The notes beneath the pieces were generated by a model. The model made no database searches, had not been told where the DNA came from, and saw only the letters and a program-made list of their open reading frames with translations. The position numbers were made by a program, and so were the translations under genes. DNA of 64,000 nucleotides from Phoronis australis (Eukaryota; Animalia; Phoronida). Shown one piece after another: positions 50,968 through 64,000 of the stretch (position 1 is the first letter of the stretch; each line of letters opens with the position of its first letter). The DNA lies in the NCBI GenBank assembly GCA_002633005.1, contig NMRA01000006.1, forward strand, positions 2,069,818 to 2,133,817, in the 5' to 3' direction.

Positions 50968-53900
50968 CATGACAGAATAGCGGAAAACAGGTCAGTTAGA
51001 GAAGTAAATGCCGAAAAACAAAAGGCTTCCAGCTACTCGGGAACAAGAGGTAGGGTGTAAATTTCGCGCGCATCAGACGAAAATTGCGACCTGTAGATTG
51101 CGAATAAACAAAAACAAAAAAACAAACTTGTAAAATTAACAAGTAAAAATACGTAATGCATAGGCTTAAATTAAAGTTACAAAATGACAAATCTGAGCAG
51201 AATAAACTTCTGCAAAATGTAACTGGAGTTGACACGTTTCATAGTAATGATGTAAAAAACAAAAAGCATAAATGACTAAATTCTGAAAGTTGTTATAATT
51301 TTAAAAGAAAGAACTTCTTAAGAGGAAACACGCGCGCACACATACACACACACGTGCAGACTACATGTTGTACACACACGTGCATACTACATGTTGCAAT
51401 CAAGTGACCTTTTTAAATTTTAGCACTCCTCAGTTGATTCTAGCTTGAACTTTCAAGCACGTTACTGAGAAGTAGACCTCAGTGACTGTCCGTATCCGGT
51501 AGCAAATGTACTCTTGGGGAAGCAGCTATCTAAACACGAACTCATGAACATAACTCCCCTCTTCGGAACTCAGCTCATGGACTTGAAAATTCAATTCACT
51601 GACAAACATGGCCCTCCACGCAGAAAACACGGCTTAGGTGCCAAAAAAAAAACAAAAAAAAACATGGCAACTGTAAACACGGCTCACATACCCTTCACCG
51701 AGTCACGCGCGTAAATTCTTCCGTAAATTATTATGCAGGTCAGTGAGAGGTGTTTTTGAGTGGGTAAACCATGTTTGTGATTGCGGGTCGGAGTTTGTCA
51801 GTCAATGAGCCGAGTTTCCAAGTCTGGGTGTCGTGTTCAGGAGTGCGTGAGCCATGTTCGGGTAGTGTGGATAAGCCTCACCAAAGTTCCACAGTTTGGT
51901 GAACAGGGTAGACAAAAGCTAAAATTTTAGCCCAAATAGAGCAAAACAGTGCAGGATCTCGCATATTTTGCCCTCTTATTTCCCGTCAGTAGCAAATGAC
52001 TTTGTTTTAATTGCATCCCAAAGTTCTTACACCTTAGGTTTTCTTTGGTTAGGTCAGTTCTGCGTATTTGAAACGACTATAAACCGATGCTCAGTAAAAG
52101 AAGCGAATTTTTGATGTGGACAACCTGCAGTGCCGATATAAACGTGGTCTGAACTTGCATCTTACTAGGATGTAAGCATTTCTCGCTTTGCAAAGAGCTG
52201 GCATCTCCGTATTCATTTAGGCCATGCTCTGTGCATAAAATGACACGTGGCAAGCACTCCAAGCACGAAGAGCCCATACCATGATACCAAACAGTGGCCA
52301 CCTGTCAGTTCTCTGGAAGCCCTGAAATCGTACCAAATTTAACTGAGAAACAATTTGAGACCAATAGCATGCGCGCACCCAGCCTTTAATGGGGGGGGGG
52401 TCGTTCGAGCCCCATCCCCCTTGGATGCGTGCATGAATAGGGTCGTCCCGGATTACATGGGGATAGAACTATCTTTTGTCTGGAGATAAGAAAGTGCGTG
52501 ACCTTGTTTTGGATATCAAGCACATTTTCGTGTCTCTCACTGATGTAGAAAAGGTGAAGAATTTCACATCAAGCATCCTCGGCTATTTGTCCAGTTTATC
52601 AAACTTTCTCAAGTAGGAGTTGCAGCCCACAGCACAGCAGAAATATTTTATTAGCGTTGGAAGGACGAATAGAGTATAATGCCTGTGACTTCACAATAAC
52701 TGAGAATAACCAATAATGTCTAAGGAAGTAAAAGTTTCATTTTTGTTGAGAAATTTGATAAAACAAGATTCCATATCTCCTTTCCATTTTTTTCAGTGTT
52801 GCACTGCCCATGTAGGAGTATAACAACCATTAAAACATGCGTATTTCCTGAAGAAATGGGAGGAGATAACAACCACACATTCACAGTGTACAAATCTGAT
52901 CCAAACAACACTGTGTTCCTCAAAGTTGCTCTCCTGCCCTCTTTATAACTTTTCAAACACCAAGTGGGAGCTCTAGCTTGAATATGTTCTGCACATGAGC
53001 TACCACAACATTCTTTACAGGTAGGTTCTGAGAAAAATTTTGGGGCTCGTTATTTCCTTATCAGATGAAGTAATCAAGTTGAGAGACAATGCTTGGATCA
53101 TTGAGGACTTGCTCTGCATAACTAGCTATGACCTTTACTGCAACCTATTTTCAGCATTATCTTAAAGTGGAACTTGCATGCTAATTCCTTATCTTTGGTT
53201 ACTTGGTCAAATTAGAAATACAAGATATAGCAACGATTTGAATATGAAGTATGTTGAAAATTGCAAAATGTTTTTATGGATGAGTTTTGTGTCAAAAATG
53301 ATCAGCGGTAAATCACTCAACCATGTCCAGCCAGTAAGTATCGTGATGTGATGTTGGGGAATAACACTGCGTGATGCAGGCTATGTGCAAAGGTCACCTC
53401 TTTGCAGAAATTTGTGTTTCTACATTTACAAGTTGTCAGTGAATACAGCTGGACTTTGGTTAGCATAGATGTCAAATAGCATTGTCCTTTAGTTCCTGCT
53501 ATACATTAGCATAGTTAGGAGCATGTAAATACATCTTTAATAGGTAAAAGATACAAATATTTAACGCGGACAATGTATATTTTGTGGTCAGGTGATTTCA
53601 AAGGCCAGCTTCTTAATATATGTGTTTACGACCATGAGCTCCAACAATGGGACAAGTGCACATGCTTTCTCAGAGGCTGCCACTCATTGTAATTAGTCAA
53701 GTAGGAACGGAGGAGAAGATCTGAGCATACCTCTTCTAGACAACTAATGTTTCTCTTCACAAACTTGCAGTTTCTTTGTAGAGTTTAAAAACTCTAAGAC
53801 TGTTCTAAACAGCCAACAAACCCCCGTACTCAGAATTGCCAATTTTCCCGCAAAGTGTTTTTCAATTTAAAGCTACCTCCTGTTGTTATCTTTCTCAGGT

Positions 53901-54152
53901 ATTTTCACAGATCACTTGCACAACATTTCTTCAATTATTTTTCATCTGAAAATCTGGTTTTCTTCACACCAAAATTTTCCACAATTCCCACAACACCTGA
54001 GGCTGAGACCACCAACTTCACACGAGACTTAACTTGAAAATTAACCAGTTCAGATTTCACGTGAAACGATATATCAATTTTTAGGTCCTGTTCCCTGGCG
54101 ACCTCTGACTAGATACTGTAGTCACAATAAATAAACCTATATCTCCGCATCT

Positions 54153-54305
54153 TCACGCCGGATTCTGCACGTAACCTGGCAGTGGAAGTTGAAGTCCCTC
54201 CTTTGCTTCGAAGAACGTGTAAGACAGTGTAATAACATTAGTGTTGATGAGTGATGGATCGTCGCAGTAAGAAGGGTCAATGAAGAAAAACACCGGCATG
54301 TCAAC
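54153..54305 (-). CDS. COX11: COX11 exon 5 (terminal)
   Basis: tttag|VDMPVFFFIDP...ITLSYTFFEAKEG...PGYVQNPA*. Confidence 0.93.
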   Translation of the reverse strand, partial: VDMPVFFFIDPSYCDDPSLINTNVITLSYTFFEAKEGLQLPLPGYVQNPA

Positions 54306-55364
54306 CTAAAGGAAATGGAAAGAGAATAAATGGTTATCTACTTTTACATTACAATATTAATGTGCCGGTGGTGAGGGCATGATATTACTGAAAATCAAAA
54401 GTTGATCAGTGGAAATGGTTTTACCAAATTCATAACTGAGACTGCAACTTTTTTGAGGCAAGCAGACGTTGATGGTTGGCAGCAACTACACTCGATTTAA
54501 ACATCCTATTTATGCTTCACTTTAGTTAAAAAAAAAACGAATTATAATGCATGTTATTAGTTCAATCGAAACTTAAGGCCAAATAATGCTTATTCAACAC
54601 AATTACTCCAAATATTTTCAAACTTGAGTGTAAATAATTCTATTGTTTTGTTTATATTAAATTTATTTATGGTGGTGCATAACCACCTAAACTGATCACT
54701 ATAGTGATTGACAGCTGACTCATGCATAATGGGTACTCTCTCAACTGCTGCCATATGAAAAAAGGTTTATGCAGAAAACCCCCCCACTTTTTAAAAACAC
54801 GTTTAAAAATAACATCAAAATAAGGTCAACACAAAAAGGAATGAAAGTTACGAAACCTTCGTATTTTATTGACTTCTTTCAGCTGATGAAAATCGTCCTT
54901 TGCTCTAAATTAGTGAATCAGGGTGAACGCAAAGGAAGAGGTATCTTTAACAATGCACAATGCCCCAGTCACACTTACTTGCTCATGCGGATTCAGTCTC
55001 TGCTCTTCGAANAGTGTAAATAATTCTATTTTTTTGTTTATATTAAATTTATTTATGGTGGTGCATAACCACCTAAACTGATCACTATAGTGATTGACAG
55101 CTGACTCATGCATTATGGGTACTCACTCAACTGCTGCCATATGAAAAAAGGTTTATGCAGAAAACCCCCCCACTTTTTAAAAACACGTTTAAAAATAACA
55201 TCAAAATAAGGTCAACACAAAAAGGAATGAAAGTTACGAAACCTTCGTATTTTATTGACTTCTTTCAGCTGATGAAAATCGTCCTTTGCTCTAAATTAGT
55301 GAATCAGGGTGAACGCAAAGGAAGAGGTATCTTTAACAATGCACAATGCCCCAGTCACACTTAC

Positions 55365-55532
55365 TTGCTCATGCGGATTCAGTCTCTGCTCTTCGAAGCA
55401 GAAACACTGGATTTTGTTGAAGTACTGTCCAGCTTCGAAAGGTACCACGTTGTATGTGGAGATACCGATGATGGGCTTGTCTGTGGGGTTCTTGGCGGTG
55501 TAGAAGGCCAGTGCCGTCTCACCTGGGCTTAC
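55365..55532 (-). CDS. COX11: COX11 exon 4 (Cu-binding CFCF)
   Basis: PGETALAFYTAKNPTDKPIIGISTYNVVPFEAGQYFNKIQCFCFEEQRLNPHEQ; 168 nt. Confidence 0.96.
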
Positions 55533-56562
55533 CTGCAAATTCAAGCGGTAGACCAATTAAGGATAACCAGAACATATGGTTTCCAAACATAATGAGTTTA
55601 AATATTTTCCATGACTTTCCCATGATTAAATTTTCATTTCCTATGAATTGCTTCCCAACAAAAAGTAGACGTATCTTGTTTTTACTAATCCTTACTGTTC
55701 AACTTTATATTAAGCGCTGCTTCAGCGGGTCACAAATGCGGATCTTAAAAGCAAGATAAAATAGGAATAAAGCAATTCATTAAGCCACATATAACATCTA
55801 TAAGCTCCTTTCACACTACACTAAAACCACTGAAGCACAAATTGCCTGATTTCACAACTGAATTATTGTAACAATGCTAAAACTAAATCAAAGCATTTGA
55901 GTGAATGAGATGTCCCAAGATAACAGCCATGTTACCTGAAAAGTACTCAATATAATTTCTACAAATGTGACAGCAAAACCTTGTGACATGACTTGCAAAC
56001 TACTGTTGTCATTTTCCATGTTTTTGGACATGAAGAGAGGGAGCAAGTGCAAAATCTCAACATAGCAATTCAGAAAATAGTGTTAAGTGTTGGCAATCCA
56101 TATGGTATTCCCATACACTGGTATACAGAAACATACTGCCAAAAGGGGTCTCTTTTTGAACAAAGGAGCAACAGGGGGAACCATGCTGCAAACATGTGAG
56201 AGGTTGGTAGTAATGTACCATCAACTTGGGTAGATATATTTCCCTCTCTGGTATCAGCAAAGGTAAACTATTTTGCCCTACTATATATCGTCTCTGGTTG
56301 GTATTTTGGATCAGTGATATCAGTGGTGTCGTCTCAGGTTAGCAAACAAAGGAATTGGTGGCATTGGTCCATGAAAATGGTGTTTGTCTCAGATAGGGGA
56401 TTTCCTCATTTAATATTGTCTCCAATATCCATTTTCCCCGGTGACCCAGCAATTACATTGGTCTGAACTACGAATATATGGCAGAACCTCACTACTCACT
56501 AAGTGGCACAGAACCTCCTTCCTAAATCAGAATACTATTTTTGTTCATATTGTGTCACGTAC

Positions 56563-56724
56563 CACAACTTCAGTCTGCTGCGGTCGAAAGTTCCACCTCA
56601 TACTGGCTGCCAGATCAGCGTTGAAACGCACTTTGATCTGTCGGTCCTTGACTGGCACCATTGTCTCAACAATATCTGCATTATGACCTTTGGCATCTCT
56701 AGACTGACCTCCGCTGCCCGTAGC
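56563..56724 (-). CDS. COX11: COX11 exon 3
   Basis: ATGSGG...IKVRFNAD...MRWNFRPQQTEVV; ttccag / gtacgt; 162 nt. Confidence 0.93.
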
Positions 56725-57421
56725 CTGGAAACAAAATCGATTGAAAAGTTTGTAGTCTTCCAACACTAGGTCCATGCACAAGTTGTAAACAAATGAATAA
56801 CAAGAAGAAAATATGTCATCTCTTCTCTCAAACTGCAAAAATGTGTCATATCCAGTAGTTAATCCATACTCTTATCAATACATTGCAATACATTGATGAC
56901 TAACTTCATAGGCAATACACAGACCAGCACACAAACACACACCCATACACATGTATGTGCTTTTAAATAAATATCTATAACATCTCATATATATTCCATA
57001 AAATAACTATAAATTAAATTGTCAAAAGTATTATTGTTTTTTACATCGATAATATGACTGTATGAATATATGTAATATTACAGATAGTCTGATGTATACA
57101 GTTCCAAGAGCTCACAACACAAAATTGTTTTCTTAAACAATAAGACTGTCTCAGACAATACCGTCACATGTGTAATAAGGCAAAACCTCACAAATATAGG
57201 ACAGGTGAAATTTTATTTGTTCATTTTTCATAAATGATAGATAACATCAAAATGATGCTTTGCCATATTCAAGTTCTGTACTATAGCTACCAAAAGGCAA
57301 TATTTAGAAAAAAAAAACTAAGCATTCACAACAATTCAGATGCACCTGAAAAAAGTGCAATTTCGGCAAGTATTTTAGTCCAAAACTGGTGAAATTTTGC
57401 GGTAACAGACAAGAGTCATAC

Positions 57422-57817
57422 CTGACAAAATAGTCTGTAAAGGGGTACAGCTGCGTGTGATAAGCCCACCATGAAGACAAGAAGTGACACTAGATATATA
57501 CCAGAAGATCTGTTTCTCTTCTTCACTTTATCAGGGGAAGCATTGTTTTCTAATCCCCTTCGAATAAGCAGGTTCCATACAAAAGGCCTTGGGGTAACAC
57601 TGCTCTGTCTCTTTACTGCTTGTAGAACAAGTCCTGAATAACATCTCACAAGTGGGTTCGTAGTTAGTTGTGGTGTTCTGAGCACTGCTTGTTTGATAAA
57701 GTTGTTCCAACAAAAGTTTCTGTGTAGCACTAAGTTAGTTGTCTTGATAATCCTCTGTGAGATATGAGGGTTTAGTAACACTGGTAAACTTGTCCGCATA
57801 TGAATGGCCTTCAGTGC
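57422..57817 (-). CDS. COX11: COX11 exon 2 (mitochondrial presequence and TM anchor)
   Basis: tttcag acceptor; Arg/Leu-rich leader then YLVSLLVFMVGLSHAAVPLYRLFCQ|gtatga. Confidence 0.9.
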
Positions 57818-59228
57818 CTGAAATGAAGAAAAAAATCTTATCTGGTAGTAAAATAAACTTCGTTGAAAACACGACTAAACTTTTTGTTTGAAAGCTTGAT
57901 ACAGAGTAGCTCTTGTTGAAACAATCTCCAGATGTCAGCAATACTGAACAGTGGTTGCCGGAGTGCCTGGCCGGGTTCCATCGTTGGCTCTGCCGCGCTT
58001 ACCGTGAACCGCAGTGGTCCCCAAGGCCACACAGATATCCGACAAACTGCTTGTTTACCAGCAGTCAACTGGGAGCGTCCGGTCATGACACAGTCCCTAG
58101 TTGAGTTCCTGAGTATCTGTGAAAAAAATTTCTAAGTCCTTAGAAATGTGTCGTTTACAGGTCATTTGTGTCGCCTTCTGAAAAGTACAGCCCGGGCGGC
58201 GAAATCGATTTTAGTTATCAGGGAGCATACACCAGGTCTTCAACTGATGGTCTGCCCCGACTCAGCTCTTCACTGGGCTTATCATCGCAGTCCCCTTTGG
58301 CTGTAGTGTCCCTGCATGTGTGTCTGTTCGAGTACCATGGTCCACATGTCTGTATCGACACCGGCCCGTGGCCTCGGTACTGGCTAGTGGCAGACGGAGA
58401 GCGCAGGTACGTCATGATGCAGTCCACGTACACCTAGGTTGGCGGAGGACCAATTTGAGGTTTGGGAACCCATTGTTCCACCCGGCACCAAAAAGCGGCG
58501 GTGCAGGTTATCGGCCGCGGGCACGACGATCAGGAAATTTTGGCACGTGCACACCCATAGTTCCGCCCAAAGATGGAAAGCACCAGTGGTACAGGTGCAG
58601 GCCGCGCGACGATCAGGAAGTTTCAGCGGGTTTTCCTCACGATACAAAATGTTAAAATGCGCTATTGCACTTAACCCTATTTATTGTGCCACTGTTGACA
58701 GCCAACAGGCTTGATTAGTATCTGTTGGCAAACATGATTGAGGAATCCCAGTATCATTGGGTGGGAAAGAATGCAGTGAGTTAAGTAGCGTAATCAATGG
58801 CCTCTCTTAGTCACTTGCCTACTAGTTCTTACTCATAATGCGACATAACAGGGGATGTCTGGCTTTGAAGCGAGAGGTCCCGGCTTCAAGTTCTAGATTT
58901 AGACAGAGGCTTTCCCTATCATTAATACATTTGGTTTATACTTCCAACAAAACCAGTGTATTTTTATGCGTGATTCTATAACCGACAATTTTACATTTAC
59001 CGTCTTTACATAATTTACGTAACCAAAAATTACGTGACTCGTCTCGTCGTGATCGCAAAATGTCCAATACCGGAAATGTTTTGAAAATTAACATACACGT
59101 CCATAAATTCAATTTGTTAAAAACTTCCAATCCTTTTATGGACACCCGATTTCATAAATGCACGAAATTCCATCATGTGAATTTTGCTAGATCCTCAAAT
59201 ACAGTTTTAACCCTTTGCTGAAGATTAC

Positions 59229-59255
59229 CTGCGCAATCTTCAAGGGCGCAGACAT
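59229..59255 (-). CDS. COX11: COX11 exon 1 (MSAPLKIAQ)
   Basis: caagATG context, CAG|gtaatc donor, phase 0, joins in frame to the acceptor at 57817. Confidence 0.7.
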
Positions 59256-59550
59256 CTTGAAAATCTCCCAGGATGCATTTCAAACTTTAACTATTTTGCT
59301 TAATAGGTGCATAACATGGAATTTCTATTGACTTTAACGACAAAATTTATATGCTTTAATACATAAATATGTCATGCAAATATCAGAAAATTGAAAATTT
59401 CAGACAAAATTTTGACGGAAGCTGCCGATCTTGTAATACACATGGATGAGAAGAAGATGGGATCGCTGTCTGCTCGTTTACTATTTTAATGTGTGTCAGT
59501 GCGTAAGGAACTAAAGGAATTCATTCTGTGGACGAACACTCGCTGTCAAG
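59256..59550. promoter_or_regulatory. Putative bidirectional promoter between COX11 and DRG2
   Basis: Divergent start codons separated by 295 bp. Confidence 0.6.
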
Positions 59551-59614
59551 ATGGGTATACTTGAAAAGATATCAGAAATCGAAAAGGAAATAGCCAGGAC
59601 TCAGAAAAATAAGG
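59551..59614 (+). CDS. DRG2: Developmentally regulated GTP-binding protein 2, exon 1
   Basis: MGILEKISEIEKEIARTQKNK|gtaag, the DRG2 N-terminus. Confidence 0.93.
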
Positions 59615-59860
59615 GTAAGCCCCAGCTTAGTCCAGACTGCAAGCCGGTGGCAGTGCCAGTCGGCCAGGGACTGGCTGGGGTAGCCAGCTAGCTGTGTGAA
59701 GCCTACAACGTCTAAGATTTATGTTAACTTCGCATAGAATAAGCGCAGATTTGGATTACCGCCTGTTTAAATTACACTACACGGGATTAAATTAGTACAG
59801 AAAGCAGAAAGAGATTGGGAATATTGTAGCCTTAGTTCAAAGCTGTATACTAAATATATA

Positions 59861-60665
59861 GTCCGGTTACCTATTGTCGTCAGGCTCCAAAGGTCGTCCG
59901 CCATCTTGTTTCGCGTGCAGCGCAACCACGCGGGACTTAGCGTTCCAATTTGGAGTGCTCGTGTGCACGTTAGGTACTAACTTATCGGAAGAGACACGTA
60001 TCAAAGTAATGAGACAAAAATCGGTGAGTTTACCGATTGTTTTTTAAAACCACTTAAAAATCAGTAGATTTTACTAATACACTTTTTTGTGCGTTTTCAG
60101 AAGATGTTTTCGAATTTAAATTTTCTTCCGACGGGACACAAAACATGATCCAGGGTTTGTTTATGCAATGTATCTGTTTTTCCCAGGCACTAGTAGGATC
60201 TAGAAGGCCAAAGGAAAAATCCGCAGACAAATGCGATACGCTGGGTTCTTAACATTTTTGCCTCACGTTCACCATTAAACTGCATTGAAATGTTGACCAA
60301 TTGGCTTTTATTGGAAACCACAGTGCAGAGCTCAACATCAAAACTTCAAATCGAGTTTATGTCAATAAAAACAGGCTGTTGCAATTTTCATTACTTCGTT
60401 GGCCTTTTTCTGCATGTTTCTCAGTTTTTACAAAAGGGGGCAGCATATGACGAACTTAGGTGTCACAATAAAATGGCTGCCGAAGGCAGTGCACATTTGA
60501 AATAACTCGGCACAAATTAAAGAAAACTTCCGAATCGATGAATGCGGTATATCTGTGAGAGTTAAATCGAATCCTATTCAGATCATAACTTTGAAGTGGA
60601 ATAATTCGGTGAGTACTACAGCAAGTCGGTTTTATGCTTAGGCGGACGACCATTGGGTTCCCCAG
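59861..60665 (+). mobile_element. ~805-bp non-autonomous element, copy 2 (in DRG2 intron 1)
   Basis: Near-identical to 35777-36586 (a few substitutions, one 5-bp indel), same breakpoints GTCCGG...CCCCAG. Confidence 0.85.
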
Positions 60666-61714
60666 TATACAGCTTTGCACTGATGTGGGTAAAAAAGTGG
60701 TAAGATAAAATCTGACAAAAAATTAGTGTCATTAAAAACTAAAGTCTTCCTTCAGTAAACTAAATTATTTAACAGTGTTGGAAAAAATGGCGTTCTACCG
60801 TTATGCTGCTGCTAAATTTGTGGAGCGATCTTTAGTGACGGCTTTCGGCGCCATTACGTATTGTGTCACCTATTGGCCAGTTTCTTTTATCGCAGAGTCT
60901 TCAATCAATTGTTGTTCTTTCACGAGGTTGCGTACACGTCACAGCAAATTATCGGAACTGGTTTCACTCCATTATAAGTTTTTAGAATTTTGATTCCGAA
61001 AAACCGAATTTCAGAACAAATTTTGCTGCTGCCAAGCTATCATCCTCTCCTGAGAGATGTCGCAAAAATTTAGGAAATGGCGCGTGCGTGTGACACGAGT
61101 GTACTGTTTTCAAAACGACAACATACTTTTCATTGTTAGAAAAGGCTGAGAGGTACGCAAGAAAATGACGTTTATTGCACTGTTTTTTCACTTAAACGGC
61201 TGTAACGGGCAAGGTGAGTGTCAGTTGATTCCCAGATTTTGCATGCACCCCATGCAGTCTTTAGCTTTACATGTTGCTACAAGTTTCACTGCGAGGTGAC
61301 GAGCACCCTGGCTGTGTGCAATTTCGGGGTCCACGGAAGAAATACACACAGTGGTACCTAGCTGTATTTTGACGATAGTCTTCATACAGCTAGCTGGCTG
61401 GCTAAGAGTATTGTAGCCCCTAGACAGCCAGCCTAGGGGCTACGTGCTGCCTAGCAAAATCTGGGAGTCAACTGACACTCACCTTGCCTGTTACACTGGT
61501 GTTAGTCTTTAAAGAGAAAAACAATCTCATAAACATCATTTTCTTGTATAATTCTTTGACTTTTGTACCAAAGAAAAGCCAGCTTTAAAACATCTTTGGT
61601 AAGTTCAGAAAGATATGGATAAAAACCTGACCAAATAAAGTCTAACACAAAATTATACTCTTCCTTGACCGAGTGAAAGATTTGTTACCCCTATTAAAGA
61701 AATATCCTAGGGAA

Positions 61715-61857
61715 GGCAGTGTGGCCTAGTGGGATACGTGTCCTCTTCCTTCACTGAAGGTCACGGGTTCAAGTCCCAATGGGGTTACGCTGCTAGTCCT
61801 TTGATTCAGTTTTCTTGCTCCTCAGCTCATTTTTATCTCTATTAATAAAGCAAAAAA
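61715..61857 (+). mobile_element. tRNA-derived SINE-like element
   Basis: Pol III A box TGGCCTAGTGG (61722) and B box GGTTCAAGTCC (61766), no intact cloverleaf, ends AATAAAGCAAAAAA. Confidence 0.5.
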
Positions 61858-62058
61858 TTGGTTCCAGGCGATCAGTGCTATGGGCCTACCTGTGTGGCTT
61901 ACGCACGTCTTGTCCCATGGTCCTATAAAGAAACAGCCCTCTACCTTCTGCTGAATTTCCAAACATGTTCATTGTTTCTTCAGGCCAGTAAGAATCAAAA
62001 CTGTCTGTTGATGTTTGGTTTAATCTGTTTTTCACGTGATGTCTCTTGTCTGTTTTAG

Positions 62059-62147
62059 CCACTGAGTACCATTTAGGCTTACTGAAGGCCAAACTAGCCA
62101 AGTATCGGGCGCAACTCATGGAGCCGACTGGCAAGGCTGGTGCAAAG
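62059..62147 (+). CDS. DRG2: DRG2 exon 2
   Basis: ttttag|ATEYHLGLLKAKLAKYRAQLMEPTGKAGAK|gtattc. Confidence 0.93.
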
Positions 62148-63665
62148 GTATTCAAGTTTTAATCATCCTTGACTTGAATTTCACATGATATCAGAAGTAC
62201 GCTGTGATTTCTCTGGTTTTCCTACTATAGCTAATTTTATTCCTGGTCACATGATGTTACTTAAGGAGTAATAAACCTACTTTTCCGTCCGAGAAGCAAA
62301 CTTTTTGTATAGACCGCTTACCGTTAAAAAAATGTCTCGACTTGCTCCTTACTCGGATGAGGAATGATTTATGGGTTTGCAAAGAACTGACGGTTTGTTG
62401 TTTCTTAAGACCACGCTCGGCACATGACACGCTGTCCTGAGCTAATTTCATAGAGCCTCAGCTTGAGCAATAACTAAATAACTAACTGCCTGTTCTTTCA
62501 AAGCTCTGAAATCACATTCAAAACGACTAGAGGACCAGATTGAGACCAATTTCATAACGTGTTGGTCTAATTGAAGAGTTGGTCTGTGTGATGGAATGTA
62601 GGTTTATTGCTACTTTAAAGAAGCAATAAACTAAGCAATTGTCAAACAAACGAGTTGTTTTAAGGCATTTACCGTTATGATGTCGGTAGTGCATTGTTAA
62701 TTATTCGAATCAGAAAAGGTTTTAGAAGATCTTACAGCTGGCTATTGCTTCACACCAGGCTGGTGAAGGTTGTTAGTCACGACGGGTTAATGTCATCTGC
62801 CAAGGCAGTAGGGACATGCATTTCAAATCAAACAAAGGGATAAGTATATGATGACGTTGCTTTGGATGAGAAAATACGTTGGAGAAGAAAGTCGTTTTTG
62901 AGTATAGTTTTAAACGGCTTTAAAATTGTGTCTAGTGAAAACCTAGTTTGAAGTTTTTGCTAAATGTCAAAGGGAAATTGAAATCTTTGGAATATATTTT
63001 CTGCTGGCAACAATCAACACACTTCAAGTGAAGATATTTTATTCTTTTTCTTAAGAGTTTTGGATTCAATTGTACCACAATTGTCTGGGTTAATAGCCTG
63101 GGCATTTAAACTTGGAAAATAGTGTGTTGATTTGCATTTGAAAAGGAAATTTTTGGAAAGTCAGCGCTTACCTGAAGTGGCAGTATAGCTTAACGACCAA
63201 GGAGTTGCTATGATGTACAAACTGTTTCACTTGCAACAACTAATTAACTCTGCTGCTTGCAAGTCGCAGACAAGCAAATTGAACTGGTTTTTGGAGCTGA
63301 AATGAATATTCACAATAATTTGGTGCTTAAGAAACTAGAACTCTCGGCCACGTGAATTAAGGGTGGGCTTATAACTAATAATGTGCGTTTACAGGTGAAA
63401 ATTTGGAAAATTAGCGAGTGGCAGTTTTGCCGAAAGTTATCTGAACATGGGTGTTGATAGTTGAATCAGATGAATTGTGATACTAAAAATTGGCGTTTTG
63501 TTTACATTTGTGTAATCTCAAAGTTAATTCACCAAACTTGTGCTTTGTTGTGTAAAAGGAAACAAAATCCAGTGTCAGAAAATTGTTAGAAATTGTGTGT
63601 GAGTGACTACTGGATTTGCTTTTTAATCATGATTTGAATTGATGGAGCTAACATTGTTTTTTCAG

Positions 63666-63737
63666 GGTGAAGGATTTGATGTTATGAAGTCTGGTGATGC
63701 CCGTGTGGCCCTGATAGGATTTCCATCTGTTGGAAAG
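63666..63737 (+). CDS. DRG2: DRG2 exon 3 (G1 P-loop start); gene continues beyond window
   Basis: ttcag|[24 protein letters not shown]|gttag. Confidence 0.93.
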
Positions 63738-64000
63738 GTTAGAGCAATTAAAAAATGAGTGATTGTTTTAATTTTGTCTATATTTTAAAACATTACTGAA
63801 CTCTTGCATAAAAATTCTATACCACTGATGCAAAAATAATTAAAAACAATTAATTCATTATTGTATGATCGACAAGCCAAAATATTTGAAATGCTAGTGT
63901 TGTGTCATGTTGCAAGGTGTTTTTAAACACCTTAACTTAAAGATTGTTTAAACTCGCTGGTAAGTGTTAATGAGACCTTGCTTCTTTGCGGTTGTACAGG

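Noticed and set aside
51490-51880. Imperfect long palindrome
   Set aside because: Looks like an old MITE; ends and TSD could not be defined
54626-55397. Apparent tandem duplication including part of COX11 exon 4
   Set aside because: Copies are nearly identical and joined at a single n (55012): contig-overlap/haplotype artefact rather than an alternative exon
61201-61495. 42-bp inverted repeat with TGT...ACA ends suggesting a Ginger MITE
   Set aside because: No TSD (cggc vs ctgg) and inverted similarity continues outward, so more likely two opposed ends of another repeat family
61715-61780. Possible tRNA gene
   Set aside because: A and B boxes present but acceptor and anticodon stems do not pair; treated as SINE-like

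Overview
Repeat-rich, intron-containing metazoan (invertebrate, probably lophotrochozoan/mollusc-like; not provable here) genomic DNA from a gapped draft assembly. Left half (1-38 kb) is a nested transposon graveyard: a tyrosine-recombinase (Ngaro/DIRS-like) retroelement remnant with an SGNH domain, an apparently intact piggyBac (TTAA TSD, TIRs, 613-aa transposase), a decayed Ginger/KRBA2-type integrase element with Ulp1 protease + PHD finger, a very young Gypsy LTR element whose integrase ends in a PHF2/PHF8-like PHD finger followed by an ATGA-coupled second ORF and a hairpin array, a SWIM-YqaJ exonuclease pseudogene, a Helentron-type non-autonomous element, MITEs and minisatellites. Right half holds three host genes reconstructed by hand from splice sites: fascin (+, 4 exons, 507 aa), COX11 (-, 5 exons, 301 aa) and the first three exons of DRG2 (+), the latter two head-to-head 295 bp apart. 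The best candidate for an undescribed system is the PHD-integrase Gypsy with its extra zinc-finger ORF. All family assignments are from motif recognition, not database searches.
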